Shown: positions 29,982 to 40,344 of the stretch, piece by piece
How positions within the stretch are numbered: the first letter of the stretch is position 1
Layout of the letters: each line of letters begins with the position of its first letter
Assembly: GCA_043813255.1 (NCBI GenBank)
Contig: JBDRLG010000063.1
Coordinates: 1 to 52,172, forward strand
Length of the DNA: 52,172 bases
Direction: 5' to 3'
Source: Candidatus Omnitrophota bacterium
Lineage (GTDB): Bacteria; Omnitrophota; Gorgyraeia; Gygaellales; Profunditerraquicolaceae
Position numbers and translations under genes: made by a program
Notes under the pieces: model-generated
The model's database searches: none
Told to the model about the DNA's origin: nothing
The model's input: only the letters and a program-made list of their open reading frames with translations

Positions 29982-31018
29982 AGGGTATTTGGAAAAAAAT
30001 TATCGATCCGCAATATACGTTTATTATCGCAGAAGCGGGTGTTAATCATAATGGCAATATTAGTTTAGCCAAACAGCTTATCAACAGAGCTGTTGATGCT
30101 GGCGCGGATGCCGTTAAATTTCAAACGTTTAAAGCCGAATGTGTTGTTTCTGATAAAGCGCCAAAAGCCGACTATCAAAAGCAGGCAACGGGCGTTAAGC
30201 AGTCACAATTAGATATGGTACGCCGGTTAGAGCTTAGCCAAAACGCTTATCGTCAATTGTATGCTTATTGTCAAAAGAAAAACATCGCTTTTCTTTCTAC
30301 CCCTTTTGATGAAGCAAGCGTGGATTTTCTTGATGGAATAGGAATGGAAGTTTTTAAGATTCCTTCAGGTGAAATAACAAATTTCCCTTTTATAGAGTAT
30401 ATTGCTGGTAAAGGCAAGCCAATTATTATGTCAACAGGTATGGCTACGCTTGATGAAATCAAAAAAGCAGTGCAAGTTATAAAGAAAGCAAAAAATTATA
30501 ATTACGCATTGCTTCATTGTGTCAGTAGTTATCCAACTGATTATGCCGAGGTTAATCTAAAAGCTATTATAACCATGAGAGATGTTTTTAAAGTGCCGAT
30601 TGGATTTTCTGACCATACGCTTGGGATTGATATTAGCCCTGCGGCCGTAGCAATGGGAGCGAGGATTATAGAAAAACATTTTACCATCAAAAAAAAATAT
30701 GAAGGCCCTGATCATAGTTTTTCGCTGGAACCGCGGCAACTTAAGGGATTCATTAAGGGAATCCGCCATATTTCGGTTGCTTTGGGGACAGGAGAAAAAA
30801 AACCGTCAAAAAGCGAATTGCCTATTGCCGCTATCGCCCGTAGGAGCTTGGTTGCTGCTTGCGATATTAAGAAAGGGACAATAATTTCTGATGGCTTTAT
30901 TGCTATTAAAAGGCCAGGGACAGGCATACCGCCTGTTATGAAACAGCGCCTTATCGGTAGAACCGCTAAAGTTAATATATTAAAAGACTCTATTATTTCT
31001 TTTAAGATGCTTAAGTAA
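29975..31018 (+). CDS. neuB: Nonulosonic acid synthase (NeuB/LegI family)
   Basis: IAEAGVNHNG, KFQT, STPFD, KIPSGE, STGM, LHCVSSYP, GFSDHT, IEKHFT, GPDH and a C-terminal SAF domain. Start at 29975 behind GGAGG. Confidence 0.93.
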   Translation: MVKGIWKKIIDPQYTFIIAEAGVNHNGNISLAKQLINRAVDAGADAVKFQTFKAECVVSDKAPKADYQKQATGVKQSQLDMVRRLELSQNAYRQLYAYCQKKNIAFLSTPFDEASVDFLDGIGMEVFKIPSGEITNFPFIEYIAGKGKPIIMSTGMATLDEIKKAVQVIKKAKNYNYALLHCVSSYPTDYAEVNLKAIITMRDVFKVPIGFSDHTLGIDISPAAVAMGARIIEKHFTIKKKYEGPDHSFSLEPRQLKGFIKGIRHISVALGTGEKKPSKSELPIAAIARRSLVAACDIKKGTIISDGFIAIKRPGTGIPPVMKQRLIGRTAKVNILKDSIISFKMLK

Positions 31019-31025
31019 TATAGTT

Positions 31026-31733
31026 ATGAAATTTTTTAAACGGTTTAATAAGATTGATAGTAATTATATTTATACAGATAAACATATTCATTCTAATTGG
31101 GTTGATGGAGAGGCGGGTATTTCTCAGATTATTGCCGTGGCAGAGCGGATAAAAGGCCTTAAACAGATAGCTTTTACTGAGCACGTAAGGCGGGAATCGC
31201 GGTTTGTTAATAAGTATTTGCGTGAGATTAAAAAATTTAAAAAAGGCTCATCTATAGAAGTCCTAAGCGGCCTTGAGGCGAGGATTGCTAATTTTCAGGG
31301 AGATATTGATGTTGCTGCGGATATGCTGCAGAATGCCAATATTCGTATTGCCAGCGTGCATCGATTCTCTCTGGGGCGTGTTTTGCATGACCCTAAGGAG
31401 TTTACGAAAGAACTATGCGCAGAGATTGAATTAGAGTTGTCTATTGCCGCCATAAAGGGAGAAGTTTGTAATGTCCTGGGGCATGCCGGCGGCATGTCTT
31501 TACAAATTTATAAAGAATTTCCTATAGGATTTTTTGAAGAAATTATTAGTGAGTGTGTGCGGCATAATATCGTATTTGAGTTAAATTACAGGTATCATCG
31601 CAGTATTTTTAATTGTTTAAAACCATTGCTTAAAAAATATAACCCTTATGTTTCTATCGGCTCTGATGCGCACACAACGCAGGAGCTTGGGAGCTGGGTT
31701 GGTATATTAACAGGAGAATTAGCGCGTGCGTAA
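31026..31733 (+). CDS. PHP-domain phosphoesterase
   Basis: DKHIHSNWVDG, FTEH, GLE, ASVH, LGH, ELN, GSDAH. Confidence 0.88.
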   Translation: MKFFKRFNKIDSNYIYTDKHIHSNWVDGEAGISQIIAVAERIKGLKQIAFTEHVRRESRFVNKYLREIKKFKKGSSIEVLSGLEARIANFQGDIDVAADMLQNANIRIASVHRFSLGRVLHDPKEFTKELCAEIELELSIAAIKGEVCNVLGHAGGMSLQIYKEFPIGFFEEIISECVRHNIVFELNYRYHRSIFNCLKPLLKKYNPYVSIGSDAHTTQELGSWVGILTGELARA

Positions 31734-32706
31734 AATAACAATAGGCGTAACTGGTACAGGTTCACTTATAGGGCAGGCGATTATTAAATCTATTAAGAAT
31801 TCCATATTTAAGGATGAAGTACGCCTTGCAGGGTTTGATTATATAGATGGAACAATAGGTTCCTGTTGGGTTGATACTAACTTTCTTCTGCCGGATTTTT
31901 TAAAAAAAGAGATTTCGGAAGTGCAATGGCTCGCCGCTTTAATAGATATAATAATAAGAGAAGATATATCAATTCTTTTAATTGGCATTGATTTTGAACT
32001 GTCTCTTTTCGCGAAATTTAAGGATAAAATTGAATCACAAACAAATTGTAAAGTTATTGTTAGCGATTCGCGGGTTGTTGAAATCGCGGATGATAAGTAT
32101 TTAACATGCCAATTTTTAAAAGAACATAACTACACATATCCCAAAACTTATTTACCGGAAGATACAGATATAAAAAATATAAAGTTCCCGTGCGTTTTAA
32201 AACCGCGGCATGGAGCTGGAAGTAAAAATGTGCGTATTATTAATAGCAAAAAAGAATTGAATAATTTACTGCCGTCTGCTCATGATTGTATTGTTCAGGA
32301 ATTTATCGGCAGCGTGAGCCAGGAATATACCTGTGGCGTAATCTTTTTTGACAATATGGTTAAAGAAATGATTGTGTTAAGGCGTGAGTTAAAAAACGGC
32401 GTTACAGTGGCCGCGCATTACCGCGTAGATACCCACAAGGTAATTTCGCAATATGTTAGCAATATTGCTATGGCGCTAAAACCATATGGCGCATGTAATT
32501 TTCAATTACAACTTGACCCTGAAGGCACGCCGAAATTATTTGAAATTAACAGCCGGCATTCAGGGACAACTTATATGCGGGCTATCTTTGGCTTTAAAGA
32601 GGTTGAGTATATACTTTCTTATTTATTAGGGCGGGCAGTAAAAAAATTTGTGTTATCAGAAGGGACGATAAAACGGTTTTATGAAGAAACATTCATCTAT
32701 GCATAA
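31726..32706 (+). CDS. ATP-grasp protein
   Basis: DDKY, FPCVLKPRHGAGS, IVQEFI, EYT, FEINSR. Confidence 0.88.
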   Translation: MRKITIGVTGTGSLIGQAIIKSIKNSIFKDEVRLAGFDYIDGTIGSCWVDTNFLLPDFLKKEISEVQWLAALIDIIIREDISILLIGIDFELSLFAKFKDKIESQTNCKVIVSDSRVVEIADDKYLTCQFLKEHNYTYPKTYLPEDTDIKNIKFPCVLKPRHGAGSKNVRIINSKKELNNLLPSAHDCIVQEFIGSVSQEYTCGVIFFDNMVKEMIVLRRELKNGVTVAAHYRVDTHKVISQYVSNIAMALKPYGACNFQLQLDPEGTPKLFEINSRHSGTTYMRAIFGFKEVEYILSYLLGRAVKKFVLSEGTIKRFYEETFIYA

Positions 32707-33562
32707 AAAAGAGAGTATATTGATAACAGGCGCTGGAGGATTTATCGGAAGCCATCTTTTAGATTATCTAAAGAATAATTACACGGTGTTTTGTGTTGAC
32801 TCAAAACCGGTTCGTTGTGTTGGCTGCCGTTCCATAACCTTTGACTTGCGGAATAGGAAGCGTGTCTGTTCCTATTTTAGAAGATTTAAGAAGAAAAATA
32901 CCATTCGTGTTATTGTCCATTTAGCCTCGCGGGTAATCTCGGTGAAAAACGCGCGCGATATGGATATTTTTTATGACAATATCAAAATTACCGAAGGCGT
33001 TGTGGAGATAGCTAAGATCTTAAAGCCAGAGAAAATAATACATTTTTCATCCATTGCCGTTTATCCCAATAAGACCGGAAGATATAGCGAGGCATCGCTG
33101 ACGCATCCGGCGCAAAATAGCGATTGTCTTTACGGGTTGTCTAAGCTTTGTAGTGAGAACATTTTTGATTTTTTGTTACGGGATGAAAAAATTAAGATTA
33201 CCCATTTGAGGGCCGCGCAGGTTTATGGCAAAGGGATGCGCAACGACAGGATTATTCCTATTATGCTCAAAGAATTAGAAAAAAGAAAAGCTATAACGGT
33301 TTTTGGTAACGGAGAACGGACTATAAGTTTTATTGAAGTCAAAAAATTAATATTACTTATTCATTTTTTTATCGTTCATGATGCCATCGGGGTAATTAAT
33401 GTTGGAAACGAACATCTGTCGCTTTTAACGTTAGCACGGAGATTAATAAAACAATACGGAAATAAACAATCGAAAATCATTAAAAAACCGCAAGGCTCAC
33501 GAGAAAAATTTTATTTAGTCATAAAGAAGCTCAATCGGTTATTAGCGGATTTTAAAAAGTAG
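32699..33562 (+). CDS. NAD-dependent epimerase/dehydratase
   Basis: TGAGGFIG, VHLA, FSSIAVY, YGLSK, VYG. Start at ATG 32699. Confidence 0.88.
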   Translation: MHKKESILITGAGGFIGSHLLDYLKNNYTVFCVDSKPVRCVGCRSITFDLRNRKRVCSYFRRFKKKNTIRVIVHLASRVISVKNARDMDIFYDNIKITEGVVEIAKILKPEKIIHFSSIAVYPNKTGRYSEASLTHPAQNSDCLYGLSKLCSENIFDFLLRDEKIKITHLRAAQVYGKGMRNDRIIPIMLKELEKRKAITVFGNGERTISFIEVKKLILLIHFFIVHDAIGVINVGNEHLSLLTLARRLIKQYGNKQSKIIKKPQGSREKFYLVIKKLNRLLADFKK

Positions 33563-33583
33563 TTTATCGGCATGGAGTAAGAA

Positions 33584-34477
33584 ATGAAACCTGTTCGAAT
33601 TATCGCGCGCATGGATATTAAAGGCCCGAATCTTGTCAAAGGCATTCAGTTTGATGGATACCGAGCATTGGGAAAAGCAGAAGATTACGCTTATCTATAT
33701 TATTCGGAAGGAAGCGATGAGTTTATTTTCTATGACACCGTTGCGAGTTTATATCAACGAAATAATTTGTTGGAATTCGTCAGTGCTGTTTCACGGCATA
33801 TCTGTGTTCCTCTAACCGTCGCCGGCGGGCTTCGCACCGTAGATGATATTAAAAAAATATTACGCGCGGGCGCCGATAAAGTCGCCATTAATACTGCCGC
33901 GATTGCTAATCCCGGATTATTATCTGATGCCGCGAAGGCTTTTGGTTCTCAGTGTATCGTTGTTAGTATTGAAGCAAAGCAAAGTAAAAACGGGAGCTAT
34001 GAAGCGTGGGTGGATTATGGACGGCAGCCTACGGGAGTGGATGTTTTTGAATGGGCAAGACGTGCTGTTGAATTAGGGGCGGGAGAGATTTTGCTTACGT
34101 CAATAGACAATGAAGGTACGGGAAAAGGTTTTGATATTGAACTTATTGCGCGTATTTCGGAAAGTGTTCCTGTTCCGGTTATCGCTTCGGGCGGAGCAGG
34201 TATAAAAGAAGATGTATTAAAAGTAGTGCGTCAAGGGAAAGCGGATGCCGTTGCGATCGCATCAGTTTTTCATTATCACTATGCTAAACCTCTTTCGCGC
34301 CGATTTTCCGCGGAGGACACAGGGGGTTTGCGAATGGGGCAACAGCTTGATGAGGGCAATATTGAATTTTTAAATGTGCGTTATGGCGGCCTTGGCGAAA
34401 AAAGATTTATGCCATCTTCAATTTTTGAGATAAAGGAATATCTTAATTTAAACGGTATAAACTGCCGTAGCCGATAA
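33584..34477 (+). CDS. HisF-like cyclase subunit of a glycan amidotransferase system (WbuZ type)
   Basis: RIIARMD, VKG, VAGGLRT, GADKVAINT, GAGEILLTSID, PVIASGG. Adjacent to HisH-like and amidotransferase genes. Confidence 0.9.
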   Translation: MKPVRIIARMDIKGPNLVKGIQFDGYRALGKAEDYAYLYYSEGSDEFIFYDTVASLYQRNNLLEFVSAVSRHICVPLTVAGGLRTVDDIKKILRAGADKVAINTAAIANPGLLSDAAKAFGSQCIVVSIEAKQSKNGSYEAWVDYGRQPTGVDVFEWARRAVELGAGEILLTSIDNEGTGKGFDIELIARISESVPVPVIASGGAGIKEDVLKVVRQGKADAVAIASVFHYHYAKPLSRRFSAEDTGGLRMGQQLDEGNIEFLNVRYGGLGEKRFMPSSIFEIKEYLNLNGINCRSR

Positions 34478-34501
34478 GATTCAAGAAGGATTTAGGAGAT
34501 A

Positions 34502-35152
34502 ATGGTTCATCAAAATATTTTAATCGTTGATTATCAATGTGGGAATTTATTTAGTATACAACGCGCTTTGAAGGAAATTGGCGTTTCTTCATTCATTAGC
34601 AGTAGTGCTAATGAAATTCGCGGCGCGGATAAGATAATACTGCCGGGTGTTGGCGCCTTTGGTGATGGTATGGAGAAACTTACATCATTTGGATTAAAAG
34701 ATGCGGTGCTTGCGAGTATCGCCGCCGGACGATACATACTTGGAATATGCTTAGGAATGCAGCTATTGTTTGATGAATCTTTTGAATTCGGCCACTATCA
34801 AGGCCTGCAATTAATCCCAGGCAGCGTGACACGGTTGCGCGAGGAGGGCAGCGCCATAGATGAGAAAGCCGTAAAAGTGCCCCATATCGGTTGGAATGCT
34901 ATTCGTTTTACTCATGAAAAGTATTCCTCACATAAACTTTTTCAAGGAGTGCCTGATGAGACATACATGTATTTTTTACATTCTTTTGGAGTGCGGGCGC
35001 GCCAACAAGAGCATTGCGTAGCAATGACAGAATACGGCGATAATAAGTTTTGTGCTATTGCCTTGCATGAAAATATTATCGGCGTGCAATTTCATCCTGA
35101 AATTAGCGGCCTTTCTGGCCTGCAATTATTAAAAAACTTTGTTAGTGTTTAA
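34502..35152 (+). CDS. HisH-like glutaminase subunit (WbuY type)
   Basis: GNLFS, LPGVGAF, GICLGMQ, PHIGWN, QFHPE (Cys-His-Glu triad). Confidence 0.92.
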   Translation: MVHQNILIVDYQCGNLFSIQRALKEIGVSSFISSSANEIRGADKIILPGVGAFGDGMEKLTSFGLKDAVLASIAAGRYILGICLGMQLLFDESFEFGHYQGLQLIPGSVTRLREEGSAIDEKAVKVPHIGWNAIRFTHEKYSSHKLFQGVPDETYMYFLHSFGVRARQQEHCVAMTEYGDNKFCAIALHENIIGVQFHPEISGLSGLQLLKNFVSV

Positions 35153-35166
35153 TAGAAAAAGGAGAA

Positions 35167-36411
35167 ATGATGATAACCCTGGATAAACAATTACCGAAAT
35201 TACCAAAAAAAATTCAATTTTGTAAAAATTGTGTCGTTTCCAATCAGCGTCCACGCACAGAGTTCAATGAAGAAGGAATTTGCAGTGCTTGTCAGTGGGC
35301 TTATGAAAAGGATCATATTATTGATTGGGAAAAGAGGGAACGGGAACTTCTGGAACTTTGTGATAAATATCGCAGCAGCGATGGGAGTTTTGATGTTGTT
35401 GTTCCCGGCAGCGGCGGAAAGGATAGCGCGTTTGTGGCGCATCAATTAAAACATCGTTATGGCATGCATCCTTTATGCGTGACATGGTCTCCGTTTGAAT
35501 ACACGGATATCGGCTGGCAAAACCTGCAGAATTTTATCCGTTCTGGTTTTTCAAATGTTCTAGGGCAGCCTGACCAGGAAATTCACCGTAAACTGACAAA
35601 ACTTTGCCTGGAACTTGTGGGTGATCCCTGGCAGCCATTTACATTCGGGCAAAAAATGTGGGCATTCCACATTGCCCGTGGGTTTAAAATACCGTTAATT
35701 ATGTATGGTGAAAATGGAGAATTGGAATACGGCGGATCAATAAAATATAAACATTTGCCAAAAGAAGGCCCTGAAGAATACAAAGAACTTTATTTTAAGG
35801 GATCAGATGTTGATGCGATTGTTGATATAGGGATTCAACGCGGCATGTTTGATGTTAAAAAAATTCAACCGCAAACATTTCAACTTTATAAATCGCCGCC
35901 GGTTGAGGATATTATTAAAAGTGGCATTGAAATGCATTGGTATTCGTATTATCATAAATGGACACCGCAGGAAAACTATTATTATGCCGTAGAAAATACC
36001 GGTTTTCAATGCAATCCGGCAGGCAGATCCGAAGGAACATATACAAAATATGTCAGCCTTGATGATAAACTGGATGGTTTTCATTGGTATTTAAGTTATA
36101 TGAAATTCGGGATGGGGCGCGCGTCGCGTGATGTTCAGACGGACATACGCCGCCATCATATCACGCGAGATGAAGGCGTGGCGCTGATCAAAAGATACGA
36201 TGGGGAATTTCCTAAGAATCATTTTCAGTGGTTTCTGCAGTACATGGATATTACTGAAGATTTCTTTTGGGAAGCGTGTGATTTTTACCGTGATATGTCT
36301 AATGTTTGGAAAAAAGAAGACGGAAAATGGGCATTAAAATATATCGCGTCTGAAAACGATGTTTTAGAGAAAAAAACAGCAAATCAAAACGTAAGTGAAC
36401 ATAAATTATAA
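35167..36411 (+). CDS. N-acetyl sugar amidotransferase (WbuX/PseA type)
   Basis: CKNC...CSAC, PP-loop SGGKDS, YGEN, SLDD, KFGMGRA, ITRDEG. Confidence 0.92.
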   Translation: MMITLDKQLPKLPKKIQFCKNCVVSNQRPRTEFNEEGICSACQWAYEKDHIIDWEKRERELLELCDKYRSSDGSFDVVVPGSGGKDSAFVAHQLKHRYGMHPLCVTWSPFEYTDIGWQNLQNFIRSGFSNVLGQPDQEIHRKLTKLCLELVGDPWQPFTFGQKMWAFHIARGFKIPLIMYGENGELEYGGSIKYKHLPKEGPEEYKELYFKGSDVDAIVDIGIQRGMFDVKKIQPQTFQLYKSPPVEDIIKSGIEMHWYSYYHKWTPQENYYYAVENTGFQCNPAGRSEGTYTKYVSLDDKLDGFHWYLSYMKFGMGRASRDVQTDIRRHHITRDEGVALIKRYDGEFPKNHFQWFLQYMDITEDFFWEACDFYRDMSNVWKKEDGKWALKYIASENDVLEKKTANQNVSEHKL

Positions 36412-36447
36412 ATTGGTTTCTATGACTTAAAACCAAGGGGTCATTGA

Positions 36448-37965
36448 TTGGAGTTAACTACTGTGGATAATATATGGATATTTATATTAAATGAAAAAGG
36501 TTTTGCCCCCATAAAAAAGGATAATTTTTTATCTTATGAAGATCTTGGGGTAGCGAAGCTTCTCCCAAATTTTATAGTAAAAAGACTAAAATGTTTTGGT
36601 TTTAGTAATTGCAGTTTTATCGATACACTTGATGAAATTAAAGATTGCGACTGCGGGTTTATTGCAGTCGTTAACATGTCTAATCCATTTATCGACGGAG
36701 AATTATTCTCTAAGATGATGTCTTTGCTTGAAAAATACACTGATTACGATATGTGTAAATGCGAAGGGGCTATTCCGGGCACAGAGCCTGATTTTGTCAT
36801 GCGCACAGGCGCATGGAAAGACAGAGAAAAAAGGCACTTAAAATGTTTGGAAGTACGCCATGATACACAGTCTCGGTATAATTCTCAGGTTAATCTGCGT
36901 AAATTTAAAAGAATCAAGATTTTTAAGGATTTGGTGCAGCATATTGATGGACTTGAACGATTGACAATCGATGAACTAATGTCGCTTTTTAGTTCGGATG
37001 AAGTGTTTCGAAGGATTATATCCTATTGCGAAGATGTTTCTCTTGTGAATTTGTCACGATGCCCGCATTGTGGCGCGGAAATCGAACCGCTTAGGGCAAC
37101 CGTTTCTCAACCGATGATTGGTTTTATTCCCGATATTAAACCATATCATTATCAATGTGTTCATTGTAGTCTTATCGTGGTTTCACCTACCGTAAAAGAG
37201 GAAGAAACATCCATACTCTACGATTTGTATTATAGAGAAGGGCAGGGTCAGAATTATTTTTTAGGAGAACAATCTCGTTATCAGTGTTATGACGCGGCAA
37301 TGAAATTAATAAAGCCGTTGATTTCTGAAAAAACAAAATGCCTTGATCTTGGTTCTGGATCAGGCACGTTTATTTACTATACCCGCGAACATTATCCGTC
37401 ATGGGATGTTACCGCATCGGATTTACCGGATGTATTGAAGTACTTTAAATACCCAAAAGAGATCAAAACAAAGCCTCTTAATTTTTTAAAAGATAACATA
37501 GGTTATGGAGAGCAGGATCTGATTACAACATGGGAGGTTATAGAGCATATTCCGTTTTCTTCTTTTAATAAACTTTTGAAGAACATATACGACGCGCTGA
37601 GATCCGGAGGTGTTTTTGTTTTTTCTACGCCTGATTTTGATTCTCCTTTTTGTCAAGCGTGGGATTTCTATAACCTGTGCCCGCCACATCATCTTTTAGT
37701 ATTTTCAAAGAGTTGGATGTACTCATTTTTTAATGACCACCCCAACTTTGAACTTATTGGGATAACGAGCACTACGGAAGCATTATTACGTTATAAATCA
37801 TGGTTTAAATATTTCGCTTCAACTTCTAAGAATTTTGAAAGCCGGGCACAAGCTAAGCTTTTTCTTGAGATATTAAACGATGATTGTATGCGCGAGTCTT
37901 TTAAGGATCTTTTAGCGCGGAAAAATTGGGGTATGGAGATGATTGTCGCGGTGAAAAAAAAATAA
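36448..37965 (+). CDS. Class I SAM-dependent methyltransferase with Zn ribbon and N-terminal extension
   Basis: CPHC and CVHC, LDLGSGSG, WEVIEH, GGVFVFSTP, PPHHL. TTG start. Confidence 0.8.
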   Translation: MELTTVDNIWIFILNEKGFAPIKKDNFLSYEDLGVAKLLPNFIVKRLKCFGFSNCSFIDTLDEIKDCDCGFIAVVNMSNPFIDGELFSKMMSLLEKYTDYDMCKCEGAIPGTEPDFVMRTGAWKDREKRHLKCLEVRHDTQSRYNSQVNLRKFKRIKIFKDLVQHIDGLERLTIDELMSLFSSDEVFRRIISYCEDVSLVNLSRCPHCGAEIEPLRATVSQPMIGFIPDIKPYHYQCVHCSLIVVSPTVKEEETSILYDLYYREGQGQNYFLGEQSRYQCYDAAMKLIKPLISEKTKCLDLGSGSGTFIYYTREHYPSWDVTASDLPDVLKYFKYPKEIKTKPLNFLKDNIGYGEQDLITTWEVIEHIPFSSFNKLLKNIYDALRSGGVFVFSTPDFDSPFCQAWDFYNLCPPHHLLVFSKSWMYSFFNDHPNFELIGITSTTEALLRYKSWFKYFASTSKNFESRAQAKLFLEILNDDCMRESFKDLLARKNWGMEMIVAVKKK

Positions 37966-37981
37966 ATCAGTAATTTTAACT

Positions 37982-39172
37982 ATGAAAAAAATAAAAATAT
38001 GTATTGTAACAGGATCTCGGGCCGATTATAGCCATCTTCGTTGGCTTATGAAGCATATTCAGGATGATGCCTGTTTTAAATTACAGATTATCGCAACAGG
38101 ATCGCATTTATCTGATGAATTTGGCCTCACAGATAAAGTTATTACGCGTGATGGGTTTTCGGTGTCTGAAAAACTGAATATCTTGAAATATGCGAATACG
38201 GAAATAGGGATGGCAAAGTCAATTGGAAAAGGGTGTGAGTTGTTTGTTGATGCTTTCCGTAGGCTGGTTCCTGATTGGGTTGTTATTTTCGCTGACCGTT
38301 TTGAGATGTTATCCGCGGCTATTGCCGCGTATACATCTAGAATTCCCATCGCGCATATTCATGGGGGTGAAACAAGCCAGGGAGCTATGGATGAGGCATT
38401 CCGTCATAGCATAACCAAAATGTCAAGTATCCACTTTGCCGCGGCTGAGGCCTACCGTAAAAGAATTATTCAGCTGGGAGAAAATCCCAGCAGGGTATTT
38501 AATTACGGTTCTCCGAGCCTAGAGGCTATTTATCAACAAGAATTACTGACTAAAAAAGAACTTAGTAGGGTTTTAGGTTTTGATATATCTGGAACAACCG
38601 CTATTTTTACATATCACCCTGTTACATTAGAAAAAGATCATTCACAGCGTAAATTAGATCAAGCCTTGAAGGCTATAAGCAGTTTTAACTTTAAGGTTAT
38701 TTTTACAAAAGCAAACGCGGATGCATATGGGAATATTATTAATAAAAAGCTATATGAATTTTGTAAAATAGATACTAGTAAATATAAACTTTTTGATTCA
38801 CTCGGGCCTTTGCAATATTTTAGCTGTTTGAAATATTGTGACCTTATGATCGGCAATTCATCAAGCGGGCTTGTTGAAGCGCCGTCATTTCATCTGCCTG
38901 TCGTGAATATTGGTGACCGGCAAAAAGGAAGAATGCGGTCTGGTAATATTATTGATGTTGATTCAAATTATACTGCTATTAGGCGGGGAATTAAGAAGGC
39001 TCTTTCGGCAGGTTTTCGCAGGGCCTTGCAAATTGTTAAAAACCCTCATCAGCGGTTTAAAGATGGAAGGGCGAGTTATCGCATTAAAGAAAAAATCAAG
39101 AAATTAAAATTTAATGAAGAATTTTTGAAAAAAGAATTTTATGATATTGATTTTATTAATACAAACCAATAA
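37982..39172 (+). CDS. neuC: Hydrolysing NDP-HexNAc 2-epimerase (NeuC/LegG family)
   Basis: TGSRADY, TGSHL, DRFE, HIHGGE, DEAFRH, TYHP, GNSSSG, GDRQKGR. Confidence 0.93.
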   Translation: MKKIKICIVTGSRADYSHLRWLMKHIQDDACFKLQIIATGSHLSDEFGLTDKVITRDGFSVSEKLNILKYANTEIGMAKSIGKGCELFVDAFRRLVPDWVVIFADRFEMLSAAIAAYTSRIPIAHIHGGETSQGAMDEAFRHSITKMSSIHFAAAEAYRKRIIQLGENPSRVFNYGSPSLEAIYQQELLTKKELSRVLGFDISGTTAIFTYHPVTLEKDHSQRKLDQALKAISSFNFKVIFTKANADAYGNIINKKLYEFCKIDTSKYKLFDSLGPLQYFSCLKYCDLMIGNSSSGLVEAPSFHLPVVNIGDRQKGRMRSGNIIDVDSNYTAIRRGIKKALSAGFRRALQIVKNPHQRFKDGRASYRIKEKIKKLKFNEEFLKKEFYDIDFINTNQ

Positions 39173-39221
39173 AAAAGTTAATAATGAATGGGAATTAAAA
39201 ACACGGGATTTTTTAAAGAAA

Positions 39222-40289
39222 ATGAAAAATATTAAAAAGATATTTATCAGTCCTCGTTCTTCTCTTAGGCGCGCTATTGAAATTATTCAAAAAGGGGGCG
39301 CGGGAATCGCTCTTATCGTTGATACTCAAGAGAGACTGATCGGAACGGTCACGGACGGAGATATCCGCAGGGCTATTTTACACAAAATTAAATTGAACGA
39401 AAAAATAGGCCGGATTCTTAAGGATAAGCCGTTTAATTATCCTAATTCAGTGGCTGTATCGGTGGACACCCACAGGGAAGATATTTTACGGCTTATGAAA
39501 GAAAAGCTTCTTCGTCATATTCCCCTTCTTGACAAACACAACAAGGTAGTAGATTTGGTGCTATTGTCGGAATTTGTCGAAGAGGAAATACCTCTTCCTT
39601 TAAGTGCTGTGGTTATGGCTGGAGGGCGGGGACAAAGACTACATCCGCTCACTAACGATATTCCTAAGCCTATGCTGCCACTTGATAACCGGCCGATCAT
39701 GGAATGTATCGTTGAGCAGCTGCGAAAGTCAGGCATCACAAAAGTGAATATTTCTACCAATTATAAGTCAGAGATAATTGTTAATCATTTCGGTAATGGC
39801 GATAAATTTGGGGTTGAGATTGATTATATTAATGAGGATCAGCCTTTAGGGACTGCTGGAGCTTTAGGATTGATGGCGCCTCCGGATAAACCGGTATTGG
39901 TTATTAACGGTGATATTTTAACGCAGCTTAATTTTTGCGCCATGTTTGATTTTCATCGCTCTTATAAAGCCATGATGACGGTTGGGGTAAAGAAGTATGA
40001 GATGAGTATTCCTTATGGTGTCATAGAAACAGAAGATGTTATGATTACCGGTTTGGTTGAGAAACCTTTACAGGAATTTATCGTTAACGCAGGTATCTAT
40101 TTGATTGAACCTTCCGTATGCCAATATATTCCTAAGGGGAGCTATTTTAATATGACGGATTTGGTTAATGCTCTTATTAAAGCGAAGCATAGGGTTATCA
40201 GTTTCCCTATTCAGGAGTATTGGCTGGATGTCGGCCACCACGCGAGTTACAATCAGGCGAAGATAGACGTTCAAAATGGTAAGGTGTAG
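39222..40289 (+). CDS. CBS-domain nucleotidyltransferase (PtmE-like)
   Basis: TDGDIRR CBS pair, MAGGRGQRLHPLT, PKPML, PLGTAG, NGD, EKP, WLDVG. Start at ATG 39222. Confidence 0.9.
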   Translation: MKNIKKIFISPRSSLRRAIEIIQKGGAGIALIVDTQERLIGTVTDGDIRRAILHKIKLNEKIGRILKDKPFNYPNSVAVSVDTHREDILRLMKEKLLRHIPLLDKHNKVVDLVLLSEFVEEEIPLPLSAVVMAGGRGQRLHPLTNDIPKPMLPLDNRPIMECIVEQLRKSGITKVNISTNYKSEIIVNHFGNGDKFGVEIDYINEDQPLGTAGALGLMAPPDKPVLVINGDILTQLNFCAMFDFHRSYKAMMTVGVKKYEMSIPYGVIETEDVMITGLVEKPLQEFIVNAGIYLIEPSVCQYIPKGSYFNMTDLVNALIKAKHRVISFPIQEYWLDVGHHASYNQAKIDVQNGKV

Positions 40290-40344
40290 ACGCATAGCAA
40301 GGCTTTAGCCGTAACGCGGCTGTTGTATTTAAAGGATAGTAGAA

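Noticed and set aside
30689-30697. Poly-A run in neuB as a phase-variation tract
   Set aside because: The frame is intact, A-runs are common in this AT-rich DNA, and I noticed no long G/C tracts.
33584-35152. Histidine biosynthesis hisF/hisH
   Set aside because: No other his genes are present. Adjacency to an N-acetyl sugar amidotransferase indicates the known glycan amidination paralogues.
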